The notes under the pieces are model-generated. The model was given only the letters and a program-made list of their open reading frames with translations. It did no database searches and was not told where the DNA came from. Source: Patescibacteria group bacterium (GTDB taxonomy: Bacteria > Patescibacteriota > Minisyncoccia > UBA6257 > HR35). Taken from it: a DNA stretch of 10,151 bases. The stretch spans positions 1-10,151 of the forward strand of contig JAUQQN010000010.1 of assembly GCA_030549845.1 (NCBI GenBank), read 5' to 3'. Below, piece by piece: positions 1 to 6,632 of this stretch. The position numbers were made by a program, and so were the translations under genes. Position 1 is the first letter of the stretch. Each line of letters starts with the position of its first letter.

Positions 1-2
1 CT

Positions 3-155
3 ACTAATGAAGCTATTATTGCTAGAACTATTATGAGTTCTATTAGGGTAAAGGAGAGAGATTTAGAATATTTTGCAGATTTTTTTGTTGAATACATCAT
101 TTTTATTAGGATTATTATAGCAGAGTATGATATGAAAATATATAAGCATTTGTAA
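3..155 (+). CDS. 3' end of an unidentified protein-coding gene (5' partial, enters from the left edge)
   Basis: Frame 3 is open from the window edge to TAA at 153-155. It translates as TNEAIIARTIMSSIRVKERDLEYFADFFVEYIIFIRIIIAEYDMKIYKHL*. It converges on ftsI with a 6-nt gap. No family is recognisable from 50 residues. Confidence 0.3.
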   Translation, partial: TNEAIIARTIMSSIRVKERDLEYFADFFVEYIIFIRIIIAEYDMKIYKHL

Positions 156-161
156 AAAATC

Positions 162-1829
162 TTATAAATTATCTGGTTGGATATTGTAATAGTTGATCAG
201 AAAATCTATAATTTTTTTAGCCAAAGGGACAGTAGTAACCATTGCTAATCCTTGATCAGGCTTATCTATTCTTACTAAAATTGTAAATTTCGGATTTTTG
301 CTTGGAAAATATGCAACATAAGTATTAATAACATCATTAGAATATCCTGGTTGATTTTCAAAGGGTATATAGGCCGAACCAGTTTTACCGCTTATAGAAT
401 ATCCTTCTGTTTTTGCATACTTACCACTTCCTCTTTCCGTAACTCCATTTAATAAACTATTTAAAATTTGGTAAGACTTTTCTCTTCCTATTTCTGTTAT
501 AACGATACTTTTATTTTTAATAATGTTTCCATCTGGGTTGATTATTTTATCTACAATAAGTATGTTTTTCATTAATCCCTTATTAGCAAAAGTATTAAAT
601 ATCATCAAAAGATGAGCTGGAGAAATTGCTATACCATGACCAAAACTAGCCGTAAAGAAATTCACATCCCTTAAATCGCGTGAGCTTTTTTCTAAATTTC
701 TTAAATTACCCTCATTTAAATTTGGCAAGTCTACATAAGGCTTTTCATTCAATTTCAACCTTTTTAAATAATTTAAAAATTTATAATGACCTATTTTATT
801 TTCTACATAAATTGCACCTGTATTTAGAGACTGTTCTAGTGCTTCTCTTAAAGTTATATATCCCCTTCCTTTTTTATCAAAATTATATATGTCCCAACCA
901 TTAACATTTACCACACCAGCATCATAATATTTCTCTTCGGGATCGAATGAATTAGTTTCTAAGCCTATAAAATATGTAATGGCTTTCATAACAGATCCAG
1001 GCTCGTAGTTTTGTGTAAATTTTGTTTGATATACTCTATAATCCTTAACTTTATAGTATTCATTTAGATCATAAGCTGGTCTTTCTGCTAAGGCTATTAT
1101 TCTTCCATTAATATCTGAAACAGCAATAATTCCACCTTCAGCATTCGTAATTTTAATTCCTTCTTCTAAAATTTTCTCTGCTTGCTTTTGGACAAAATAA
1201 TCAATACTTAAAATTAAATCTGATCCTGGAGTGTCTGCTTGTATTTTTTTTATACCATAATAAATACCTGGCTCCCCTTTTAGCACGTCATTATAAAATT
1301 TTTCTATTCCATACTTTCCTTCCAAAATATTTGACTCATCCAAACTAGCAAAACCTAAGACAGGGCTTAAAAAATTATTTTCTGGGTAAAATCTCAAATA
1401 TTTCTCTTCAAAAAACAAAGAATCTAATTTTAGGGACGAAAGTTTTTCTTTAATTAATTCATCTATTTCTTTAGCAATCAAAAAGACATTTCTTTTTTGA
1501 AATAAGTTATCATCAAAAGAAATACCCAAAATTTTACTTATCTCCTGAATCTCTTTTTTAAAGTCTCTAGCTTTACTTGGATTATAATAAACATCATATA
1601 CTTTTTTTGTTCCTGCTATTAAATAAAGATTACCAAATTTATCTTGCACATAAATATTTCCTCTTTTTGGTATTATGGTTTTAGTTATTTCAAATTTACT
1701 ATCAATTTTTTCTTTAGAATAGGCGTATTGATTAATCTGCAAATTAAAAAGAAAAAAAATAGGCAAAACCCAAGGAAGAAAATTTATTATCAATATGAAA
1801 TAAAAATTAATATCTGTTCCTCTTCTCAT
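162..1829 (-). CDS. ftsI: Class B penicillin-binding protein / peptidoglycan D,D-transpeptidase (FtsI/PBP2 family)
   Basis: 555 aa with an N-terminal TM helix (FYFILIINFLPWVLPIFFLF). All three penicilloyl-serine transferase motifs are present in the right order: SxxK (GSVMKAITY), SxN (EQSLNTG) and KTG (SGKTGSAY). It sits right after ftsL in the mraZ-rsmH-ftsL cluster. A GGGGG Shine-Dalgarno (plus-strand CCCCC, 1836-1840) lies 6 nt before the ATG. Confidence 0.9.
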   Translation of the reverse strand: MRRGTDINFYFILIINFLPWVLPIFFLFNLQINQYAYSKEKIDSKFEITKTIIPKRGNIYVQDKFGNLYLIAGTKKVYDVYYNPSKARDFKKEIQEISKILGISFDDNLFQKRNVFLIAKEIDELIKEKLSSLKLDSLFFEEKYLRFYPENNFLSPVLGFASLDESNILEGKYGIEKFYNDVLKGEPGIYYGIKKIQADTPGSDLILSIDYFVQKQAEKILEEGIKITNAEGGIIAVSDINGRIIALAERPAYDLNEYYKVKDYRVYQTKFTQNYEPGSVMKAITYFIGLETNSFDPEEKYYDAGVVNVNGWDIYNFDKKGRGYITLREALEQSLNTGAIYVENKIGHYKFLNYLKRLKLNEKPYVDLPNLNEGNLRNLEKSSRDLRDVNFFTASFGHGIAISPAHLLMIFNTFANKGLMKNILIVDKIINPDGNIIKNKSIVITEIGREKSYQILNSLLNGVTERGSGKYAKTEGYSISGKTGSAYIPFENQPGYSNDVINTYVAYFPSKNPKFTILVRIDKPDQGLAMVTTVPLAKKIIDFLINYYNIQPDNL

Positions 1830-2148
1830 TTATAGCCCCCAAGATAGTTGTTTCTTTGTTTTTAAGGATTATTTTTCTTTCTGGTGTTGCTAAAATTGAT
1901 GTGGAATTATTTTCAAAATTTTTTAAAGCTATGGAATATAAATCATATAAAGAAGAAGTCATTAATTTATTTTCATTATCTATTTTCTCCACCTGGTCCC
2001 TAAGTTTCAACACCGCAACAGCATATTTTTGGGACCAGGTTCTTTCTTTTATTAACACAGCAAGTTCAACAAATACTATCAACAAAAGTATTAATGGCCA
2101 ATAAAAAGGCGGCTTCTGGTTAAATTTTCTATTTTTCTTCTTACCCAT
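1807..2148 (-). CDS. ftsL: FtsL-like bitopic cell-division protein
   Basis: 113 aa with a basic N-terminus (MGKKKNRKFNQK), a single TM helix (FYWPLILLLIVFVELAVLI), then a coiled-coil-like segment. It occupies the conserved slot between rsmH and ftsI. It overlaps rsmH by 8 nt (ATGGGTAA) and ftsI by 23 nt. The call rests on architecture and synteny, not sequence identity. Confidence 0.55.
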   Translation of the reverse strand: MGKKKNRKFNQKPPFYWPLILLLIVFVELAVLIKERTWSQKYAVAVLKLRDQVEKIDNENKLMTSSLYDLYSIALKNFENNSTSILATPERKIILKNKETTILGAINEKRNRY

Positions 2149-3013
2149 TTTTTTGAATAACTCTTAATTTTGCTGATCTTGATCTAGGATTTTCTAATAT
2201 TTCATTTCGTGACGGCCTTACAACATTTTTAGTAATCATCTTTGCTCCTTTTCTTTTTAATTCTTTAAAAACTTTTTTAACAACTTTATCTTCCAATCCC
2301 TGAAAAGTAATAATTGCAATTCTTCCATTTTTATCTAAAACATCAAAAGCTTGCTTTAGACCTTCTTCTAAATTTTCAAGTTCGTTATTTATAAAAGTCC
2401 TTAAAGCCATAAAAGTTTTGGTAGCTGGATGTATTTTGTTTTTTCTTTTACAAACGTTCATAATAATTTCTGCCAACTCTTTGCTTGTTTCTATTTTTTT
2501 AAATCTTCTTTTGTCCAATATTGCATCCACTATTTCTTTTGCCCTTTTTTCTTCGCCGTAATTTTTCAAAATTTCTATTAATCTTTCTTTTGAATAATAA
2601 TTAACTACTTCAAATGCTGTTATTTTAATTTCCTTGGGGTTTATTCTCATATCTAAAAACTCATCTTTATTAAAACTAAAACCTCTTTTCGAATTCTCTA
2701 AATGCCAACTTGATATTCCTAGATCAAAAATCACTCCTTTTATTTTTGTAAAATTCAATTCCTTAACAATCTTTTTTATTTTTGTAAAATTTGCATTTTT
2801 TAATATTATGTTTTTTTCTTGCATTAAATTTTTTTTGTTAAGTTCGACTAAAAATGGATCCCATTCAAATGCTAAAATTTTTCCCTTAGGTTTTATATAC
2901 TTTAATAACTCTTTTGAATGACCACCAAACCCGTAAGTTGCGTCTATAAAATTTTGATTTCTTTGTGGGTTTAAAAATTTAATTACTTCTTTTACGAGTA
3001 CTGGTTTATGCAT
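2141..3013 (-). CDS. rsmH: 16S rRNA (cytosine1402-N4)-methyltransferase RsmH (MraW)
   Basis: 290 aa starting MHKPVLVKEV. It has a SAM-binding DATYGFGGHS motif plus DLGISSWHLE, ITFQGLEDKVVK and C-terminal NPRSRSAKLRV, all typical RsmH blocks. It directly follows mraZ with a TAATG stop/start overlap at 3011-3015. Confidence 0.95.
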   Translation of the reverse strand: MHKPVLVKEVIKFLNPQRNQNFIDATYGFGGHSKELLKYIKPKGKILAFEWDPFLVELNKKNLMQEKNIILKNANFTKIKKIVKELNFTKIKGVIFDLGISSWHLENSKRGFSFNKDEFLDMRINPKEIKITAFEVVNYYSKERLIEILKNYGEEKRAKEIVDAILDKRRFKKIETSKELAEIIMNVCKRKNKIHPATKTFMALRTFINNELENLEEGLKQAFDVLDKNGRIAIITFQGLEDKVVKKVFKELKRKGAKMITKNVVRPSRNEILENPRSRSAKLRVIQKNG

Positions 3014-3444
3014 TAAATACCTAAATCGCTTAATCTTTCAGCAATTTCTTGTGAACTTTCCTCTGTTTGTTTTTTATAATTCTCCCAATTTTTCTCATCC
3101 CATATTTCTATTCTTGTGTACATCCCTACAATTACAATCCTTTTTTCTAAGTTTGCATAAATCCTTAATGGTTCTGGAATTAATATTCTTCCCTGCCCAT
3201 CCAGCTCTATTTCATAAGCTCCTGAAAGTATTAATCTTGAAAAAGCCCTTGCATTTGCTTGGCTTAGGGGTAATTCTGTTAATTTCTTAACCACTTTCTC
3301 CCACTCTAATTTTGTAAAACCAAAAATACATTGATCTATCCCTCTTGTAAGTATTATTCCTTCACTAAATTTATTTCTAAATTTAGAAGGCAAAGATAGC
3401 CTTCCTTTATTATCTAAGTTATGTTTGTATTCTCCTATTAACAT
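3013..3444 (-). CDS. mraZ: Transcriptional regulator MraZ
   Basis: 143 aa with two SpoVT/AbrB-like halves, each carrying the DxxxR signature (LDNKGRLSLPSKFR and LDGQGRILIPEPLR). It is the first gene of the dcw cluster. Confidence 0.95.
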   Translation of the reverse strand: MLIGEYKHNLDNKGRLSLPSKFRNKFSEGIILTRGIDQCIFGFTKLEWEKVVKKLTELPLSQANARAFSRLILSGAYEIELDGQGRILIPEPLRIYANLEKRIVIVGMYTRIEIWDEKNWENYKKQTEESSQEIAERLSDLGI

Positions 3445-3447
3445 TTA

Positions 3448-3486
3448 TTCACTTTTTCCACTATTTTATCCACAATTTACCACTTT
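3448..3486 (-). promoter_or_regulatory. Candidate MraZ operator: four phased direct repeats of a GTG(G)-core heptamer just upstream of the mraZ ATG
   Basis: The minus strand reads TAAAGTGGTAAATTGTGGATAAAATAGTGGAAAAAGTGAATAA-ATG. This parses as AAAGTGG/taa/ATTGTGG/ataaa/ATAGTGG/aaa/AAGTGAA. Core spacing is 10-12 nt and all boxes share the mraZ orientation. MraZ proteins are known to bind phased direct repeats with GTGG-like cores upstream of their own operon. Confidence 0.45.
3466..3478 (+). repeat. Left copy of a 13-bp inverted repeat, TTATCCACAATTT (contains a perfect DnaA-box consensus TTATCCACA)
   Basis: An exact 13-mer whose reverse complement occurs at 3856-3868. The 10-mer TCCACAATTT also recurs at 3591-3600. 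Confidence 0.8.
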
Positions 3487-3504
3487 AATTAACTTTCATT
3501 CCAT

Positions 3505-3513
3505 TTTATACCA
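3505..3513 (-). promoter_or_regulatory. Candidate extended -10 element for mraZ (TGgTATAAA)
   Basis: The minus strand reads TGGTATAAA (hexamer 3505-3510, TG at 3512-3513). It lies downstream of the T-tract terminator and about 60 nt upstream of the mraZ ATG. No convincing -35 is present. AT-rich DNA produces such matches by chance. Confidence 0.25.
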
Positions 3514-3520
3514 CTTTTTC

Positions 3521-3564
3521 AAATAAAAAAATAAAAAGGCCTTTTGATATCGCTCAAAAGACCT
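3521..3564 (-). terminator. Intrinsic terminator (minus strand), proximal to mraZ
   Basis: Minus strand: AGGTCTTTTGA-GCGATA-TCAAAAGGCCT, an 11-bp stem with one C/A mismatch (3537-3547 pairs with 3554-3564) and a 6-nt loop. It is followed by TTTTTATTTTTTTATTT. The T-tract exists only in the minus-strand reading. Confidence 0.6.
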
Positions 3565-3606
3565 ATTAAAATTTATTGAATATTATTCTTTCCACAATTT
3601 TTCCAC

Positions 3607-3638
3607 AAAAGCAAACAGCCCCGCTTGGGGCTGTTTGC
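3607..3638 (-). terminator. GC-rich hairpin / intrinsic terminator just after the micro-ORF
   Basis: Perfect 12-bp stem, GCAAACAGCCCC (3611-3622) with GGGGCTGTTTGC (3627-3638), and a 4-nt loop. It starts 5 nt after the micro-ORF stop and is followed on the minus strand by TTTT. It is by far the strongest secondary structure in the window. Confidence 0.6.
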
Positions 3639-3643
3639 TAAAA

Positions 3644-3718
3644 TTATTTCTTCTTTTTAGCTGCCTTCTTGGCTCCTTTCTTGGCCATTGATTTTTTCGC
3701 CGCCTTTTTCTTGGCCAT
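3644..3718 (-). CDS. Unannotated 24-aa Lys/Ala-rich micro-ORF (MAKKKAAKKSMAKKGAKKAAKKKK)
   Basis: Hand translation runs from ATG (3716-3718) to TAA (3644-3646). An in-frame TAA lies 3 codons upstream, so it cannot be longer. 14 of 24 residues are Lys. A 12-nt in-frame duplication, ATGGCCAAGAAA, occurs at codons 1-4 and 11-14. A candidate promoter lies upstream and a terminator 5 nt downstream, both on the same strand. There is no obvious SD, but several bona fide genes here also lack one. It could instead be a non-coding RNA. Confidence 0.35.
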   Translation of the reverse strand: MAKKKAAKKSMAKKGAKKAAKKKK

Positions 3719-3824
3719 AGGTTTTTAATTATGGCCGGCCGACCAATAAATCCGACCTTTTATTTTCTCCAACGTTAGTGTTCAGTCTTTTCAATATATT
3801 CACAAATATATTTCACTTTTTAAT

Positions 3825-3852
3825 ATTATACATCATTTAAAATAAAATTCAA
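3825..3852 (-). promoter_or_regulatory. Candidate sigma70-type promoter for the micro-ORF transcript
   Basis: Minus strand: TTGAAT (3847-3852), 16-nt spacer, perfect TATAAT (3825-3830). It lies about 20 nt downstream of the murB stop and about 100 nt upstream of the micro-ORF ATG. Confidence 0.4.
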
Positions 3853-3855
3853 CTA

Positions 3856-3868
3856 AAATTGTGGATAA
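3856..3868 (-). repeat. Right copy of the 13-bp inverted repeat (AAATTGTGGATAA on the plus strand; TGTGGATAA at 3860-3868)
   Basis: It is the reverse complement of 3466-3478. It ends 2 nt before the murB stop codon. Confidence 0.8.
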
Positions 3869-3870
3869 CT

Positions 3871-4797
3871 TCAAACAATTTGAATTTCTTCTTCAGGAAC
3901 AAAATTAAACCTTTCGAAAATTTTTTCTTTTACTAAATTAATAAGCTCTAAAACATCAATAGCTTTTGCATAACCCAAGTTTATAATAAAATTTGCATGC
4001 TTTTCAGAAATTTTTGCTCCACCTATTTGTTTCCCTTTTAAACCTAAAAGTTCTATTAAAAATGCAATTGGAATTTTATCTCCCTTTATTTTATTTTTCT
4101 CTCTTGCTAAATTTACAACTTCTTCAGATACTTGTTGAACATTTAAATTTTTAAAAATACTTCCTGCATTTGGATATTCTAATGGGTGGTGATTTTTTCT
4201 GTATTCTATTTTTTCTTTCATAACTTTTAAAAGATAATTTTTATCTTGATTTGGTTTCAAAATTAATTCAACTTCAAAAATTAGCCAATCGGGGTTTTTC
4301 TTAAAAAAGGAATCTCTATATTCAAAATTTATTTCTTCTTTTTTGAAAACTTTAAATTCTTTACTTTTCAAATTAATTGCCTTGATTGAATTTACAAAGT
4401 CTTTTATTTCATAACCAAAGCATCCTGCGTTACCTCTAATAGCTCCTCCAACGCTTCCGGGTAGCCCTCCTGCCCATTCTAAGCCCATATATCCTAAATT
4501 ACAACTTTCATAAACTAATTTTGGCATTTGAACACCTGCTCCTACTATTACTCTTCCATCTTCAAAAAAATGAACATAATCAAATTCGGGTTTTATAACT
4601 ATTCCATCTATTCCTTCATCTTTTATTAAAAGATTAGTACCTCCTCCTAATATAAAAAAGTTTATTTTATTTTTCTCAATAAAGCTACAAATTTCTTCTA
4701 ATTCTTTTAAATTGTGAATGACAGAAAAAAATTTTGCTGGTCCACCTATTTTAAAACTGGTATAGGGCTTAAGTAAAATATCTTTAGCTATTAACAT
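3871..4797 (-). CDS. murB: UDP-N-acetylenolpyruvoylglucosamine reductase MurB
   Basis: 308 aa with FAD-binding PCMH-type blocks (FKIGGPAKFF, LGGGTNLL, GGAIRGNAGCFG). C-terminal MurB blocks are also present (YPNAGSIFKN, GGAKISEKHANFIIN). The ATG abuts the pepA stop (TAAATG). Confidence 0.93.
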   Translation of the reverse strand: MLIAKDILLKPYTSFKIGGPAKFFSVIHNLKELEEICSFIEKNKINFFILGGGTNLLIKDEGIDGIVIKPEFDYVHFFEDGRVIVGAGVQMPKLVYESCNLGYMGLEWAGGLPGSVGGAIRGNAGCFGYEIKDFVNSIKAINLKSKEFKVFKKEEINFEYRDSFFKKNPDWLIFEVELILKPNQDKNYLLKVMKEKIEYRKNHHPLEYPNAGSIFKNLNVQQVSEEVVNLAREKNKIKGDKIPIAFLIELLGLKGKQIGGAKISEKHANFIINLGYAKAIDVLELINLVKEKIFERFNFVPEEEIQIV

Positions 4798-6288
4798 TTA
4801 GAAGTCCAAATTATTGAAATTTTTTGAAAATTCTTTTAATAAATTAACCCCAAATCCTGTTGAGCCTTTATTTAAATAATCATTTCCATCAGATACCATT
4901 CTCGGAGCTATATCTATATGAACAAAATCTACGGGCTTTGCAAATTCCCACAAAAAAATTGCTCCATGAATTGCTCCTCCATATTTACTCTTTCCAATAT
5001 TTAAAACATCAGCAAAGTTTGCTTCGATATCCTTTTTATAATCTTCAAGCAAAGGAAGCGGCCATAAGTGATCACCAGTTTTTTCTCCTAATTCTAAAAA
5101 TACTTCTTGTAATTTTTTATTATTAGTAAATATAGCTGAAAATCTTGTGCCTAATGCTATCATTGATGCTCCTGTTAATGTAGAAAGTTCAACTATTAAT
5201 TTTGGTTTGAAAAATTTTTTACTATAATCAATTGCATCTGCTAAAATTATTCTTCCTTCTGCATCAGTGCTTCCTATTTCTATAGTTTTTCCAGAAATTG
5301 TTCGTACTATATCACCAGGTCTATAAGCCTCACTTCCTGGCATATTTTCTGCAAGAGGAATTATTGTTTTTAAATTAACATTTATCCCTAATCTTTTTAT
5401 TAATATAGTTGAGGCAAAAACACTTGCAGCTCCAGACATGTCTAAATGCATATCTATCATATGCTCCGAAGGTTTTATTTGTAAACCTCCTGTATCAAAG
5501 GTAATCCCCTTACCTATAAAATGAAGTTCTTTGCCTTTATTGGGTATTTCTAAAATCACAAGATATGGAGGTTCTTTTGCGCCTTTTGATACTTTTAATA
5601 ATCCTCCTGCTTTTATTTTTTCTAAATCTTTTTTTTCTAAAATTTTTATTTTTATATCATAATTTTTAACTGTCCTTTTTATAATATCAACCATTAACGA
5701 GGGAGTAAGGTCTCCTCCAGGTAAATTTGATAAAAATCTGGCTCTATTAATTTCTTCACCTATTGTTATTCCTTCCCTAACACCTTTCTTTACTTCATCT
5801 ATATACTTTGTTGGCGAGTGAATAGTTATTTTTTTAATCTCAAACCAACCTTCTTTTGGTGGATTTTTATAATATCTTGAAAAATCAAAGTTTGCAAGCA
5901 AAAAATTCATTACCATTAACGAAGAAGTGTAATCAATTTTAAGATCATCATTTAAAAAATCATTAATGTAAATAGAAAATTCCGAGACTTTGTTATCTTT
6001 AAGAAATTTAAAAATTTTTCTAAATGTATAAATAAGGCCTCTTAAGTTATTTTCTTGTTTTTTAATCAGCAAAAAATCACCAAAGTCATTAAAACTTAAA
6101 TAGCTATCATAGTATTTAATTTTAGGCAAAATTTTATTTATTAAGTTCTTCAAATTTTTATCTAAATAATTCCAAGAGGTAGTTTTTTCTATTTCTTCTA
6201 TTTTTTTAAAAGGAATAACAACTAAACTTTTGGTTTTCCCTTCTTTTTCAACTTCAAATTTTATTTTGTTCTTGAAAAAATCTTCCAT
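4798..6288 (-). CDS. pepA: Leucyl aminopeptidase, M17 family (PepA)
   Basis: It has the M17 catalytic blocks IGKGITFDTGGLQIKP and GSTDAEGRIILADA. I place the start at the ATG at 6286-6288 (MEDFFKNKIKF...), which overlaps the rpsR stop as TAATG. The 26 extra N-terminal residues in the ORF track (to 6366) lie inside rpsR and look like read-through. Confidence 0.88.
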   Translation of the reverse strand: MEDFFKNKIKFEVEKEGKTKSLVVIPFKKIEEIEKTTSWNYLDKNLKNLINKILPKIKYYDSYLSFNDFGDFLLIKKQENNLRGLIYTFRKIFKFLKDNKVSEFSIYINDFLNDDLKIDYTSSLMVMNFLLANFDFSRYYKNPPKEGWFEIKKITIHSPTKYIDEVKKGVREGITIGEEINRARFLSNLPGGDLTPSLMVDIIKRTVKNYDIKIKILEKKDLEKIKAGGLLKVSKGAKEPPYLVILEIPNKGKELHFIGKGITFDTGGLQIKPSEHMIDMHLDMSGAASVFASTILIKRLGINVNLKTIIPLAENMPGSEAYRPGDIVRTISGKTIEIGSTDAEGRIILADAIDYSKKFFKPKLIVELSTLTGASMIALGTRFSAIFTNNKKLQEVFLELGEKTGDHLWPLPLLEDYKKDIEANFADVLNIGKSKYGGAIHGAIFLWEFAKPVDFVHIDIAPRMVSDGNDYLNKGSTGFGVNLLKEFSKNFNNLDF

Positions 6289-6482
6289 TAAGGTAGATAA
6301 GGCAAAAGTGCCATTTGTCTTGCTCTTTTTATAGCCTGTGCAAGCTTTCTTTGATGTTTTGAACAAAGTCCTGTTTTTTTCCTATTTTTAATTTTCATTC
6401 CAGCACTCAAAAATCTTTTCAATATATCAACCTCTTTATAATCTATCTCTTTTGCATTTTGTGAGCAAAAATAACATGTCAT
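6288..6482 (-). CDS. rpsR: 30S ribosomal protein bS18
   Basis: 64 aa with the pattern CYFC...IDYKEVDILKRFLS...RKKTGLCSKHQRKLAQAIKRARQMALLPY. This is the conserved bS18 core. Confidence 0.93.
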   Translation of the reverse strand: MTCYFCSQNAKEIDYKEVDILKRFLSAGMKIKNRKKTGLCSKHQRKLAQAIKRARQMALLPYLP

Positions 6483-6491
6483 TTTTAATTA

Positions 6492-6520
6492 ATTATAATA
6501 ATAATTTTTAAAAATTTCAA
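6492..6520 (-). promoter_or_regulatory. Candidate promoter for rpsR that would give a (near-)leaderless mRNA
   Basis: Minus strand: TTGAAA (6515-6520), 17-nt spacer, TATAAT (6492-6497). Only 9 nt separate the -10 from the ATG, and no SD is present. Confidence 0.35.
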
Positions 6521-6570
6521 TTCTTCTTAATACCAGTTCCCGGTTAAGCTCAATTTAATTTATTTAATTT

Positions 6571-6600
6571 TTGTTAATTTTTGTACATTGGACTTATAAT
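6571..6600 (+). promoter_or_regulatory. Candidate promoter for the pilin-like gene
   Basis: TTGTTA (6571-6576), 18-nt spacer, TATAAT (6595-6600), 32 nt upstream of the ATG at 6633. The AT-rich background makes chance matches likely. Confidence 0.3.
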
Positions 6601-6632
6601 TTAATTATAGCTTCAAATCTTATTATCTCAAA

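Noticed and set aside
3642-3728. A plus-strand hydrophobic reading frame antisense to the micro-ORF (…FLAAFLAPFLAIDFFAAFFLAIGF*), reminiscent of a type I toxin peptide.
   Set aside because: It has no ATG (only an internal TTG) and no convincing plus-strand promoter. A Leu/Phe/Ala-rich antisense frame is an automatic consequence of AAG/AAA/GCC codons on the other strand. The promoter and both terminators are oriented for the minus strand.
3466-3868. A MITE-like mobile element bounded by the 13-bp inverted repeat TTATCCACAATTT/AAATTGTGGATAA.
   Set aside because: There is no target-site duplication (flanks are ...CACTATT versus CTTCAAA...). The repeat does not extend outward. The same motif also occurs internally (3591-3600) as part of a phased box array, so protein-binding sites are the simpler explanation.
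3445-3870. A chromosomal replication origin (oriC), inferred from the perfect DnaA boxes.
   Set aside because: The genes on both sides (murB and mraZ) run in the same direction, with no divergence of orientation. No dnaA/dnaN is nearby and I could not define a clear DnaA-trio or 13-mer unwinding element. The boxes overlap the expected MraZ operator. I kept it only as an alternative within the box-array finding, because the whole-contig GC skew needed to settle it is unavailable.
6289-6366. The 26-residue N-terminal extension of pepA given in the ORF track (MFKTSKKACTGYKKSKTNGTFALSTL).
   Set aside because: It overlaps the 3' third of rpsR in another frame. The internal ATG at 6286-6288 makes a classic TAATG coupling junction with the rpsR stop and starts a normal-length M17 protein (496 aa).
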